64,000 nucleotides of DNA, taken from the NCBI GenBank assembly GCA_963705505.1, contig CAVPJU010000002.1, positions 1-64,000 on the forward strand, read 5' to 3'. The DNA is from an uncultured bacterium. GTDB lineage: Bacteria; Desulfobacterota_D; UBA1144; Nemesobacterales; UBA2774. Positions 30,720 to 41,169 of this stretch are shown piece by piece (positions within the stretch are counted from its first letter, which is position 1; each line of letters starts with the position of its first letter). The notes beneath the pieces are model-generated. The model had not been told where the DNA came from. It saw nothing but the letters and a program-made list of their open reading frames with translations, and did not search any database. The position numbers were made by a program, and so were the translations under genes.

Positions 30720-32039
30720 ATGAAAAATCTAATTCAATACAGCACCCCTGCGATGCCGAGGCTGAACGGGAAATATATTTCATTACTAACATTATTTATT
30801 TCACTCCTCTGCCATGCGTCGGAATCGCGGGGGCAGGAATTCGTGAGAGGGGGATTCAACCCGGACGACCCTCCCGAGGCCAATATCAAGCTCCTCCCTT
30901 ACCTTTCTTTCGGCGCGCAGCTGGAGTTCGAGTATCAGTACCAGCGGAACGCCGACCTCGATACCGCGAATGACGAAGACCAGACCACAATAGAGCCCGC
31001 GCTCGTGCTGGCGCTCTCCTTCGATCCCAGCAAATACTTTCAAGCCTTTGTAGACATGAAGCTAGGCGGAGAATTCGAATACGAGGACGAGCGGACGAAA
31101 AAGGACCGGGCCACTCTGGAAGTCGAGCTTGCATATATCTTATTCAAGGAACTGTGGGACGACAGGCTCGCGTTTCAGATCGGGCGGCAGAGGTTCGAGG
31201 ACGAGCGCCAGTGGCTCTACTCGTCTGAGCTCGACGGGGGAAGGGTGTTCCTGCTATTCGGCGGAATCGACGCTGAATTCTCCGTGACGCGGGGAGGCAT
31301 CGTGGACGTGGATCTGCTCAACAGGGACGCGGGGGACAAGACGAATAATTACATCACGTACTGGACATATAATTTTTCGGAAGACACGAATATCGCCGCC
31401 TATTTTATTTTTCGTGACGACACGAAGGACGAAACCGAGAGCGCAATTACGTTCGGCGCCCACTCGGACGGGGACCTTACGGAGAGCCTCGGCTACTGGC
31501 TCGAGCTCGCATACGCGATAGGTACGAACGACGGAAGCGATATTAATGGGATAGGCTTCGACATCGGCTCCACGTACGTGATCTATCCCACACTTGAGCC
31601 GTCCGTTACGCTCGGCTACGCCTTCGGCGGGAAGAACTTCATGCAGACCGGGCTTCAGGGGAACGAGGGCGATTTCAACGGCGTCGCGGACTTCCTATAC
31701 TACGGAGAGCTTTTCGCCCCGGAGCTTAACAATCTGTCTATTTTTACTGCCGGAGCGGGTATAAATCCGACGGAGGAAACCTCTTCTATCGACCTCGTCT
31801 ATCACTACTATCTTCAGACGGAGTCAAGGCAGAGCCTCGTACATACGGGCATCGACGCAGACCCCGACGGCACGGACAAGAGCCTCGGAAGCGAGGCAGA
31901 CCTCGTCCTCGGATACGAAGGCGGGGAGAACGGATTCGCAGCGGCTCTCGTGTTAGGTTATTTCATCCCCGGAAAGGCCTTTCCCCCCGATGCGGCGGAC
32001 AGCTTTCTCGCGAACCTCACACTCGAGTACCGGTTTTAG
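30720..32039 (+). CDS. Alginate-export-family outer-membrane beta-barrel
   Basis: Signal peptide; QIGRQRFEDERQWLY, YYGELFAPELNNL, LGSEADL; C-terminal EYRF. Confidence 0.8.
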   Translation: MKNLIQYSTPAMPRLNGKYISLLTLFISLLCHASESRGQEFVRGGFNPDDPPEANIKLLPYLSFGAQLEFEYQYQRNADLDTANDEDQTTIEPALVLALSFDPSKYFQAFVDMKLGGEFEYEDERTKKDRATLEVELAYILFKELWDDRLAFQIGRQRFEDERQWLYSSELDGGRVFLLFGGIDAEFSVTRGGIVDVDLLNRDAGDKTNNYITYWTYNFSEDTNIAAYFIFRDDTKDETESAITFGAHSDGDLTESLGYWLELAYAIGTNDGSDINGIGFDIGSTYVIYPTLEPSVTLGYAFGGKNFMQTGLQGNEGDFNGVADFLYYGELFAPELNNLSIFTAGAGINPTEETSSIDLVYHYYLQTESRQSLVHTGIDADPDGTDKSLGSEADLVLGYEGGENGFAAALVLGYFIPGKAFPPDAADSFLANLTLEYRF

Positions 32040-32108
32040 ATTAACGAGAGATACGAGAGATCATGGTTTATAATTTAGCTATTAACACGGTTAGAGGGAA
32101 AATTATCC

Positions 32109-32783
32109 ATGCGCATATTAGTCGTGGAAGACGATAAGAAGATCGCGTCATTCATCATGAACGGACTCAGACAGGCAGGGTTCGCCGTGGACCATGCGGG
32201 TGACGGAGAGGAAGGCCTTCACCTGGCCCTCCACGAGTCATACGACGCTGCCGTCATCGACATAATGCTCCCTAAAATGGACGGTCTCGTCCTGATCGAA
32301 GAGATTCGCCGGAGCGGGGTAAATACCCCCGTGCTCATCCTGAGCGCCAAACGCAGCGTCGATGACAGGGTTAAGGGCCTCGAGACCGGCGGGGACGATT
32401 ACCTGACCAAGCCGTTTGCATTCTCAGAGCTACTCGCGCGCGTCCAGGCGCTCATCAGGCGCTCGTCAGGCTCGACGGGGACCTCGTTCCTCAAGGTGAA
32501 CGAGCTGTCGGTCGACCTCATTGCCCGGAGAGTCGTCCGCTCCGGAACGGAGATCGACCTTCAGCCCAAGGAATTTTCGCTGCTCGAATACTTCATGAGG
32601 AACCAGGACAGGGTGCTTTCCAAAACCCTCATACTCGAGCATGTCTACGATTACAACTTCGACCCTCAGACGAACGTCGTGGATGTGCTCGTCTGCAGGC
32701 TTCGGAATAAAGTCGACAGGGATTTTGAGAAAAAGATGATTCACACGATAAGGGGAGTCGGCTATGTTCTTAAAGAATCCTAG
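32109..32783 (+). CDS. OmpR-family response regulator (CusR/CzcR-like)
   Basis: VVEDD, DIMLP, DDYLTKPF, FDPQTNVVDVLVCRLRNK, IHTIRGVGY. Confidence 0.93.
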   Translation: MRILVVEDDKKIASFIMNGLRQAGFAVDHAGDGEEGLHLALHESYDAAVIDIMLPKMDGLVLIEEIRRSGVNTPVLILSAKRSVDDRVKGLETGGDDYLTKPFAFSELLARVQALIRRSSGSTGTSFLKVNELSVDLIARRVVRSGTEIDLQPKEFSLLEYFMRNQDRVLSKTLILEHVYDYNFDPQTNVVDVLVCRLRNKVDRDFEKKMIHTIRGVGYVLKES

Positions 32784-34146
32784 GCTCCTGCTTAAATCGA
32801 ACAGCTTCAGACTCATAACGTGGTATACGGTAATATTCGTTCTGAGCTCGCTCGTAATCAATATTTACGCCTATACCGTCATCTCCTCCTTTATAGACGA
32901 GCAAGGCCGGAGGGAGATAAGGGAGGACCTGCGGGATCTGGCGGAAATCTATCAGGAGGACGGTCTCGAAGCATTCCGCAAGGAGGTATTCGAAGACCCC
33001 GATGACCCGTACCTTGTCCGCCTGACGGGGAGCGCGGGGAATACTATAGTTTTAAGGACCCCCAAAGACTGGCCGGAAGAGGAAAAAGGACAGCTCGAAC
33101 ACAGCACCGACCCGAAAGACGGAGAGTGGCGGATTCTGGGCGCAGGCGAAGAAGGGGAATCGGAAATAATTTCCTCGAGAATGCCCGACGGCTCTATCAT
33201 TCAACTGGGACAGCCGATAGCCGAGCGGGAAGACCTTTTGAACAAGATACGCAGGGTCTATATAATCGCCATTCTCCCCATTATACTGCTCGCTTACCTG
33301 GGAGGACTATTCCTCGCCGACCGCGCGCTCAACCCTATCCGGCAGCTTATCAATACGCTCAATTCCATTGTTTCAAACGCCAAGGTAGACATGAGGGTGC
33401 CCGAAGACAGGACTGATAAGCTTAACGAGGAGCTTATCCTCCTCTTTAACACGATGCTCGACAAGATCGAGTCCCTCATAGACGGAATGAGGAACGTGCT
33501 CGATAACGTCGCCCATGATCTCCGTACGCCCATGACGAGGCTCCGGGGCACGGCTGAAATAGCGCTCCAGTCAGGCGAGGATACGGAGGCTCTCCGCGAG
33601 GCTCTCGGAGACTGCATAGAGGAATCGGACCGTATCCTCATAATGTTAAACACGCTCATGGATGTATCTGAAGCGGAAACAGGGGCGATGAAGCTCAATC
33701 TCGAAGAGATGAACGTCGCGCCGCTCATCGACGACGTCGTCGACCTGTACGGTTACGTAGCCGAGGATAAAGGAGTTACAGTCCATACGGGTTTTCCGGA
33801 GGAGCTTTATTTAAAGGCCGACCGCAGCCGTCTGCGTCAGGTCATGGCCAACCTGCTCGATAACGCGATCAAATACACGCCCGCAGGAGGCAGGATAGAG
33901 ATCGAGGCGAGCAGGAGAGAAAAAGAGGTCGAGATCATCGTGAAAGATACGGGGATCGGAATCTCGGACGAAGAGCTCGATAACATCTGGGACCGTCTCT
34001 ACAGGGGCGACAAGAGCCGTTCGGAAAGGGGACTCGGGCTCGGACTCAGCCTCGTCAAAGCTATCGTCGGAGCCCACAGAGGGCACGTCGAGGTCTCGAG
34101 CAAGCCCGGCTCAGGCTCCGTCTTTTCCGTGTATTTCCCCGTCTGA
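32764..34146 (+). CDS. Membrane sensor histidine kinase (2 TM, HAMP, HisKA, HATPase)
   Basis: AHDLRTPMTRL, NLLDNAIKYT, DTGIG, GLGLGL. Confidence 0.93.
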   Translation: MFLKNPRLLLKSNSFRLITWYTVIFVLSSLVINIYAYTVISSFIDEQGRREIREDLRDLAEIYQEDGLEAFRKEVFEDPDDPYLVRLTGSAGNTIVLRTPKDWPEEEKGQLEHSTDPKDGEWRILGAGEEGESEIISSRMPDGSIIQLGQPIAEREDLLNKIRRVYIIAILPIILLAYLGGLFLADRALNPIRQLINTLNSIVSNAKVDMRVPEDRTDKLNEELILLFNTMLDKIESLIDGMRNVLDNVAHDLRTPMTRLRGTAEIALQSGEDTEALREALGDCIEESDRILIMLNTLMDVSEAETGAMKLNLEEMNVAPLIDDVVDLYGYVAEDKGVTVHTGFPEELYLKADRSRLRQVMANLLDNAIKYTPAGGRIEIEASRREKEVEIIVKDTGIGISDEELDNIWDRLYRGDKSRSERGLGLGLSLVKAIVGAHRGHVEVSSKPGSGSVFSVYFPV

Positions 34147-34288
34147 ATTTAGGTGCCGGCTCATTAACGCTTCAAACCCGTAAACCATTCCGATTACTAC
34201 TCGGGAGTGAACTTGCAAACCGTCTTCATCCCCCATCACCTGCTCCCGCCCCATTAGTCAGCAAATCGATCGGAAACTGATTTAATAT

Positions 34289-34304
34289 ATTACTAACTTG
34301 TAAT
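34289..34304. promoter_or_regulatory. Second ATTAC-N6-GTAAT box
   Basis: ATTACTAACTTGTAAT, 72 bp before the 34377 ATG. Confidence 0.65.
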
Positions 34305-34376
34305 CTCGCGGAAATGTACCTGCAACCTTCGCTGTCTATTCTGTCGATAATCGCATATTAAAGAGGAGATACCGAC

Positions 34377-35093
34377 ATGATCAAAAGAATAGGCTTATTG
34401 ATTCTTACAGCGGCTCTTTCATTTCTGACCGTAGGCGGGTGCAGCAGCGGCGGCGGCGGAGGCGGTCCTTGTCCGGCAACCAATACAGGCATAGAAGTCT
34501 GCGACCCTGAAACCGGCGGTCCCTTCTCGCTCGTTATCGACAACGGGTTCTTCCCGGTCGTGGTAGGAAGCGAGACTGTGCTCGAAGGAGAGGACGACGA
34601 AGGCACGGTGGTCCGGGTGGAGACAACAGTACCCGGCGATACCGAGGTGGTTGCGGGAGTCACAACGCGCGTCCTCGTGGAGACGGAATTCCAGGACGAC
34701 GTGCTCGCCGAGGTCTCGAGGAACTTTTTCGCTCAGGCGCCTGACGGCACTGTCTGCTACTTCGGGGAGGACGTCGACATATATGAAGGCGGACAGGTCG
34801 TTGCTCACGACGGCACCTGGCATGCGGGAGAGAACGGAAACCTCCCGGGCATAGTCATGCCCGCCGATCCTCAACCGGGAATGATCTTCCGGCAGGAGTT
34901 CGCCCCGGGCGTAGCCGAAGACGAGACTGAAATAACGGCCTTAGGAGAAACTATCGACGTTCCCGCGGGGATGTTCAGCGATACGCTCTCGGCAGAAGAC
35001 TGCGACGCCCTCGACAAGACGACGGATCTAAAGGTCTACATAAACGGGATAGGACTCGCGATAGACGAGTTCGCGGAGCTGATTTCATTTTAG
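34377..35093 (+). CDS. Acidic lipoprotein of unknown function
   Basis: Lipobox VGGC; EVSRNFFAQ..GTVCYFGEDV, PGIVMPADP, QEFAPGVAED. Confidence 0.8.
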   Translation: MIKRIGLLILTAALSFLTVGGCSSGGGGGGPCPATNTGIEVCDPETGGPFSLVIDNGFFPVVVGSETVLEGEDDEGTVVRVETTVPGDTEVVAGVTTRVLVETEFQDDVLAEVSRNFFAQAPDGTVCYFGEDVDIYEGGQVVAHDGTWHAGENGNLPGIVMPADPQPGMIFRQEFAPGVAEDETEITALGETIDVPAGMFSDTLSAEDCDALDKTTDLKVYINGIGLAIDEFAELISF

Positions 35094-35164
35094 GAGAACG
35101 GAGGCGGTTCCTGTGCAACTCCATGATAACCGGCTCGTACCACGGGCTTCCGGGGACTCAACTT

Positions 35165-36478
35165 TCACTTGAGTGTCTTATCCTTGAGCTGAAGAGGCGG
35201 CTTCCACTGCCCTTCCGCGACGCCGGGAGCGCGGCGGCCCCACGTGTTGTCACGCTTGTCGGGAGCATCCGTGAAAAATCTTACGAGGAGCCTGTGAAGC
35301 ATGTTCATCTTCGGGAGTATCCCGTGGAAACCCCCGACCTCGGTCAGGAGCTTGTCCCCTATCTCCCAGTAGCCGTAATCGCCGGGCGTCACGCAGACGA
35401 GGTTCTCCGGGGCGAGGAACTTGGGCACAGCGCCCTCGAACGGGACCGTGCCGTCGCCCGTGAGCCTGCACTGGGGGTCGGTGATGTTCGCGGGAAACCA
35501 CTTGTTGTCCCTATCGGAGGAGCTGAAATCGAATTCGGGGAACCTGCCGTTCTTTACGATTTTCAGACGCACCCTTGTAATCGAGTCCACTCCCACGACG
35601 GCGAGCCATCTGTCGGTACTCAAACCGGCGTCCGATAACTTAAATGTATCGACCTTCTGCCTGTGAGTCTTCCCGAAGGTCAGCATATTGGAAAATATTT
35701 GCTCGGCGAGCGTCATCGGGTCTCTTTCAGGCAAGCCTTTCAAACGGATCCACTCCTTGATCGACTGGATAATGCTCGGCTGCCATGCCCCTACCTCAAA
35801 TAACGAATCTGGCACGCCCTCGGGCACCTCGATGCCGTTTTTAAAACTGGGGACAAGATAATACAGCGCGGGTGTGACACGGGCGGATTCCCTCTCCCTC
35901 GAGCTCGGCGGGGACACTCCCAGATTTGCGGTACCGGTCGTCACCTTGATAACTGCTTCAAAAGAGCCCTGATAAGGCGTGGCGAGCGTGGCGACCTTGT
36001 GTACCGGCGCCTGCGTTCCCTTATTCTTGAGATAGCCCGCTATTATCAGTCCCCCCATCGAATGACCTACGAGGTTCACTTTCGGGTCGTTCTGATAGCC
36101 GGCTCTGTAGTAGTGCTTAAGCAGCTTAGTACGGTCGATCACCTCTTGTATGAACGAGTCGAACTCAGCCTGTATATCCTCGAGCCTCATCCTCCAGTCA
36201 TACCCGAAGGGATAGACTGGCACGGGCTCGTCTTCTTTTGTCCGCAGGTTGAATCGAAGCTCTTCGATCAATTCCTTATATGCGATCTCATACAATTGAT
36301 CGGATTTTAGGCGCGCGGGTTCCTGGGCTTCATAACGAAGGTCGTTCGGGTGGAGAGCCAGGCTCTCGTACTTCTTCGTCATGACCGTCCATACATACTC
36401 GGGGGGCAGCTGATAATCGTCTTTTAAATAGGTGGCGGTAATGCCGGGGACTACTATGACGGGGTACGGTAAAGGCAT
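35165..36478 (-). CDS. LCAT/PGAP1-like alpha/beta hydrolase (lipase/acyltransferase)
   Basis: VIVVPGI, FGYDWR, VGHSMGG, ATPYQGS, GDGTVP. Confidence 0.85.
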   Translation of the reverse strand: MPLPYPVIVVPGITATYLKDDYQLPPEYVWTVMTKKYESLALHPNDLRYEAQEPARLKSDQLYEIAYKELIEELRFNLRTKEDEPVPVYPFGYDWRMRLEDIQAEFDSFIQEVIDRTKLLKHYYRAGYQNDPKVNLVGHSMGGLIIAGYLKNKGTQAPVHKVATLATPYQGSFEAVIKVTTGTANLGVSPPSSRERESARVTPALYYLVPSFKNGIEVPEGVPDSLFEVGAWQPSIIQSIKEWIRLKGLPERDPMTLAEQIFSNMLTFGKTHRQKVDTFKLSDAGLSTDRWLAVVGVDSITRVRLKIVKNGRFPEFDFSSSDRDNKWFPANITDPQCRLTGDGTVPFEGAVPKFLAPENLVCVTPGDYGYWEIGDKLLTEVGGFHGILPKMNMLHRLLVRFFTDAPDKRDNTWGRRAPGVAEGQWKPPLQLKDKTLK

Positions 36479-36544
36479 ACGTAATCCTCCTTGCCGAGAT
36501 TATATAAATTAAAGAAGACCGCACGGACCGGAAAAAATCGGAGC

Positions 36545-36863
36545 TTAATCGCTTACTATCCTGTAAATCGTCCAGCGCGCGGTGCCCGAGACTATGTACT
36601 GCTCGAACTCCTTGCCCCATTTCTTGTGCTGATTTCAGCTTGGCGAGCTTGGCCCAGGCCTCGTCGAGCTCCTTAAGCTCCTTTATCTTGATCTCCGTTT
36701 CTATCGTGGACTCGTACGCGCCGATCGACCCTGTGATCAGCCTCACCCTTTCGGGCTTCCACCCGGCCTGCGAGCCTACTTCCTCGAGCCACTTCTTCAT
36801 CGAATTTATGGCCGACTGCTTATAGCCGAACTTCGCCTCCACCTGCCACCTTGCTATGAACAT
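36545..36863 (-). pseudogene. Small conserved hypothetical protein with a +1 frameshift near 36630
   Basis: MFIARWQVEAKFG...AWAKLAKLKS continues one base over as HKKWGKEFEQYIVSGTARWTIYRIVSD*; may be a sequencing error. Confidence 0.7.
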
Positions 36864-36990
36864 GATTTAAGCCTCCTATAACGGTTATTTCTGAATGGAT
36901 TTGCGGATAATGCTAAATGATAGAACAGGGGACATGGGAAATCAACGGATTTTAACGGTAGAAGCGCAATAAAACTATGGCTGGAAAATC

Positions 36991-37431
36991 TTAAAACGAA
37001 ACTCCCGCGGCTGTCGTTATGCGGAGCACGGCTTCCTGATTGAACAATTTTTTATAGGTCTCTTTTATCTGCTCTATAGACTCGTCCACCTCCGCGCTCG
37101 AACCGCCATCGTAAAGGAGTATAACTATCTTGGACCCCTCCTTTATCACCTCTCCCGTTTGCATCATCCACTGCCCGTCCGAGTCGATGATCGTAAGGCC
37201 TTCCTTGAAGCCGGGGGTCACGTATGTATCGACGAAGCTCTGCCATTCGGCTTCGGAGACGGTCCCGCCGTCCGGTTTTGATAGTCCGAATACGAGCAGA
37301 GTCTCCACATAGGGGGTCCCGTAGAAGGGCTGAACCGTTCCCCTCACACTCCCGGGCGCGTCGGTGCAGGAGGCGTGAGAGACCACCAAAATGACTAAAA
37401 TTAAAAGAGCCGGGTTCCGCAAACCGCGCAT
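36991..37431 (-). CDS. DUF3574 lipoprotein
   Basis: LVFGLSKPDGG.VSEAEWQSFVD..VTPGF.EGLT, YKKLFNQEAVLR. Confidence 0.88.
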   Translation of the reverse strand: MRGLRNPALLILVILVVSHASCTDAPGSVRGTVQPFYGTPYVETLLVFGLSKPDGGTVSEAEWQSFVDTYVTPGFKEGLTIIDSDGQWMMQTGEVIKEGSKIVILLYDGGSSAEVDESIEQIKETYKKLFNQEAVLRITTAAGVSF

Positions 37432-37505
37432 CAGCCTTACGTCCTCCTCATTAACCGGTTTCCTCGTTCTTCAATAATACATACATATTCTTCCCGATGT
37501 ACAGC

Positions 37506-38121
37506 TCATAGCTTCAGTCCTTTCAGAAACCTGCGCAACTCCTTCTTCGCCCCTCCGACGATCGGCTCGCCGTGGGCAAAGAGCAAGGAGTCGAAATCTA
37601 TCTTTAAATGGGACGTGAATACTTTTCGCAATCCGCGTTTAACCCCTTCGGGGTCGTCACCCATCAGGTAATCCGGGACAAAACCAAGCTCATCGTCGTC
37701 CCTGATTATGGCGTCCCCGATCGAAATGATCCCCTTGCCGAGCGGAACGTAGAACGCCGTTTCCTCGGGGCAGAGCACCCCGACTTCGAGCGCCAGTACC
37801 CCTCCCGGAAGCTCGTCTCCATGCTCGAACCCTGTGACCTTCTTACCCCTTCTGAACGCATGCAAACCGTCCTTATGGCACCAGACCACGGCGCCGTAAC
37901 GCTTGGCGAATCTCTTTGCTGTGCCGGTAATGGAGACGGTTGGTGAGGTAGATGTTTTCGGGGGGATTATGTTTCTTGAACCAGCCGATGCCTTCGGACG
38001 GAACCCTGGGGTCTATGAGGTACGCAGGGTCGGCAGCGGAAACGTAGTAGGAGTGGACGTCCTGTCCTATGCCTTCGTGGAAAGTGATCCAGTGAAAAAC
38101 GCCGGGCAATATCTCCTGCAC
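37506..38121 (-). pseudogene. MBL-fold protein split by a +1 frameshift near 37915
   Basis: LTNRLHYRHS(K) continues as RFAKRYGAVVWCH...IGDA...LLFAHGEP; extra A in AGC AAAG AGA. Confidence 0.75.
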
Positions 38122-38205
38122 TGCTCACACCTCCGTGTTTCCGCGCGGAACACCCTTATACGGAACCTTCTGACCGAGTGAACGTATTTACAACGCCGGA
38201 CCGAG

Positions 38206-38742
38206 TCAGTCCCCGTAGTCTCCGCTGATGACGCTCTTCAAGGTCTGGGTGAGAGTGCCTTTGACCGCGAAGTCCCAGTCCCCTTTATACTCGATGTCGT
38301 CAATCGCCCAGCCGGATTTCCCCTTCACGAGCATTACCCCGTCCTTCCACGTGAAAGTCTTGCCGTCGCCGGGGCTCGTGTTTTTGAATTCGACGGTGCA
38401 CGTGCCCTTGGCGCCCTGCTCATCGCACTTTAGCACCTTGAAGGAGTCAGCACCCTCGAAGAGTGACGTGAATATATCCCCTTCGACGAGAGGGGGGACC
38501 TCCCCTTTCGTTTCTTCCTTGTATTTTATTTCGGTGTCTTCCGCGGATTTCAGCAGTGAAGCCAATTCGGGGGTTATATAAGGCTTATACTTTTCGAGCT
38601 CTTTAGCAGTCGGTATGCCCCTCGTTTTGAGCTTAGTGTAGGCGTTATAAAACCCGCTCACGGTAGTCTGCATATTCTCGCCCGCGAAGGAAACCGAGGT
38701 TACAGCCAGGGCGAATATAATGACCGAAATAATTTTTTTCAT
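38206..38742 (-). CDS. Secreted protein, YbjP/DUF3828-like
   Basis: Signal peptide; PLVEGDIFTSLFEGA, WAIDDIEY. Confidence 0.65.
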   Translation of the reverse strand: MKKIISVIIFALAVTSVSFAGENMQTTVSGFYNAYTKLKTRGIPTAKELEKYKPYITPELASLLKSAEDTEIKYKEETKGEVPPLVEGDIFTSLFEGADSFKVLKCDEQGAKGTCTVEFKNTSPGDGKTFTWKDGVMLVKGKSGWAIDDIEYKGDWDFAVKGTLTQTLKSVISGDYGD

Positions 38743-38990
38743 GACCTGAGATTCTCCTTTTCCGGCACGTCCTTTGAGACCGCATCAGTCCCGAGCCCGC
38801 CCTTTCCCCGACAAGACCCTCCGCGCACTCGATTGATTATAGACCGCATCGGGATTAACCCGCAATATTATATATGATTAACCGGCCGGAGTGGCGGAAA
38901 TTTCGTAAAGATTAAAGACAAAGAGGTAAAAAGACGAGATCCTGAATCAAGCTCGCTATGACCAAATAAAGGAAATGACAAAGAATTATA

Positions 38991-39030
38991 AATCCTCCCT
39001 AACCCTCCTCTTACAAAGGAGGGAATTAAA
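38991..39030. repeat. REP-like palindrome
   Basis: CCCTCCT..AGGAGGGAATT, same family as 13489-13528. Confidence 0.5.
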
Positions 39031-39198
39031 TATTATTTTTCCGCTTAGAAAAAGGGGGAAAGTGATTCCACTGCATACGGTCTCCGGAACCCCCTGTGTT
39101 ATAGTAGTTACGTTCAATTTCCTTTTATAAAACTATACATGCCGCCCTGTGGTCAAACGGGGCGGAGCCGTTAAACAAAATTTTTCGGGAGGCGAATC

Positions 39199-40134
39199 AT
39201 GCTGTCAAACCTTTTAAACCGTATATTCGATCCGGCGATTGCGGGGAAGCTCTACGAGTGGCTCATCACGTCCGGGCTAAGGATAGTGATAATTGCCCTT
39301 GGGGCGTACATATTCATGAGTATTATCAACGGTGTCATCGGGAGGCTCGATACGATCGTCGCGGGCCGGAGCACCGGGTTCGCGAGCGCGCCCGATACGG
39401 AAAAGCGGGTGAAGACCCTGACGTCGCTCTTAAGGAGCATCGTGTTCGTGCTCGTCTTCGGGGTCGCCGTAGTGATGGTGTTAAAAGAGCTGGGTATGGA
39501 TGTCGCGCCCATCATAGCCGGCGCTGGCATACTTGGCCTGGCCGTGAGCTTCGGCGCCCAGAACCTCGTTCGGGACATAATAAGCGGCTTCTTCATGATA
39601 ATGGAGGACCAGGTGCGTGTCGGAGATGCCACCGTGATCAACGGGAAAAGCGGCACCGTGGAGGAGATAAAATTCAGGACTATCGCCATAAGGGACCTGG
39701 ACGGGACGCTCCACATCTTCCCGAACGGCTCCATAAACCAGCTCTCGAACCAGAGCAGAAACTGGTCGAAATACATCGTGGACGTGAGGGTCGCGTACAG
39801 GGAGAATATGGACTACGTCATTGAGGTGTTGAGGGGCATAGGGGACGGCCTCGCGAAGGATAAGGATTTCGCCTCGCTCATCCTCGAACCTCTTGAGGTC
39901 CTCGGCGTGGACAGCTTCGGGCCCTCCGAGGTCCTGGTCAGGTGCATGATAAAGACACTCCCCCAGAAGCAGTGGGCAGCCGGGAGGGAGCTCAGGAAAA
40001 GGATAGTAAATTCGTTCGGCGAGAAGGGTATAGAGATACCATTCCCCCACCTGAGCGTATATTACGGGGAGAGGAGCAGGCCCTTTGACGTGAGGCTCGA
40101 AGGGGGTGGAGGCGCGGGCGCTCCGGGCAATTGA
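39199..40134 (+). CDS. MscS-family mechanosensitive channel (YbiO-like)
   Basis: GLAVSFGAQNLVRD, GTVEEI, FPNG, GIEIPFP. Confidence 0.93.
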   Translation: MLSNLLNRIFDPAIAGKLYEWLITSGLRIVIIALGAYIFMSIINGVIGRLDTIVAGRSTGFASAPDTEKRVKTLTSLLRSIVFVLVFGVAVVMVLKELGMDVAPIIAGAGILGLAVSFGAQNLVRDIISGFFMIMEDQVRVGDATVINGKSGTVEEIKFRTIAIRDLDGTLHIFPNGSINQLSNQSRNWSKYIVDVRVAYRENMDYVIEVLRGIGDGLAKDKDFASLILEPLEVLGVDSFGPSEVLVRCMIKTLPQKQWAAGRELRKRIVNSFGEKGIEIPFPHLSVYYGERSRPFDVRLEGGGGAGAPGN

Positions 40135-40309
40135 GGGGTCGTACAGCTATTAACACTCGGTCATGTTCCGCTGAACGCCCGTTCAGGGCAATATTTAAAT
40201 AAATGACAAATCTTGAAAAGATGTGTATAATACGATAAAATTTTGTCAACAATATATAATTTATATTTTCCCCTCGATAGAAGGACCGGATTTACGGAAG
40301 AAAGGACAG

Positions 40310-40798
40310 ATGAAAAAGAAAACCCTTACAAAAAACGGCAACGGACACGCAAAGTTTGAAAGTCTTAAGCTCGCAGAATGTCTCGACTGTATGTGCTATG
40401 AGTTCCGCAAGACCTCGCGCTATGTAATCAACTTTTATGATATGGCGCTCAGGGACTCGGACCTCAAGAGCAACCAGTTCATAATTCTTGTAGCGGTGGC
40501 GTATCTCAAATCGCCGAACTTCAAGTCCCTCGCGGAATTCGTGGGCATCGACCAGAGCACGCTCGCACGCAACCTTGTAACCGTCGAAAAACAGAGGCTC
40601 GTCAGCGTAAAGGCCGGTAAAAACCGGAGAGAGAAGCTGATAACCCTTTCCAAAAAGGGCGAACAGAGAATCGCGAAGTCCTTCCCTCTCTGGAAGAAAG
40701 CCCAGGGACAGCTCGTAGGCGAGCTCGGAGCCGAGCGCTGGAAGCACATGCAGAAAGAGCTTTCAGACGTCGTATCCCTGACGAAAAACCTGAGCTGA
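40310..40798 (+). CDS. MarR-family regulator
   Basis: CMCYEFRKTSR, IDQSTLARN, RREKLITLSKKG, WKKAQ; AAGGA SD. Confidence 0.9.
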   Translation: MKKKTLTKNGNGHAKFESLKLAECLDCMCYEFRKTSRYVINFYDMALRDSDLKSNQFIILVAVAYLKSPNFKSLAEFVGIDQSTLARNLVTVEKQRLVSVKAGKNRREKLITLSKKGEQRIAKSFPLWKKAQGQLVGELGAERWKHMQKELSDVVSLTKNLS

Positions 40799-40933
40799 TT
40801 ACCGATCCGACCCCGCACCCCGCAAGTCACCGAGAGCCCTGCATACCCGTAGAGCCCCCTCTTTCAACCCCGACCCTTTCCGATTATGCATATATTCGGA
40901 GAACGTATCCGCTTCATTGACAAATTTTAGAAA

Positions 40934-40949
40934 CGGCACGATAATTGCG
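40934..40949 (+). promoter_or_regulatory. sigma54 -24/-12 promoter
   Basis: CGGCACGATAATTGCG, about 220 bp before the hybrid kinase. Confidence 0.55.
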
Positions 40950-41169
40950 ATTATATGTTTAAATCGACAACTTACCCTTAATTCCGTGACGTCCTTTTGA
41001 CAGGGTAAGCCAGGTAACATATGAGCGTGGAGTTTTTTCATCTCTTACGTATCGGGGCATGAAGATCAATATGCCGAAGCCAATCGAATTACCCGACGGG
41101 AAGCTTCCTTACCGATAATATCCCCGCTGAATGAGACCCGACTGAATCACACCGGCCCGGAGCAGCTAT

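Noticed and set aside
38885..38900. GCCGGAGTGGCGGAA resembles a tRNA-Leu 5' end
   Set aside because: No anticodon arm, T arm or acceptor 3' strand follows; only about 15 nt match
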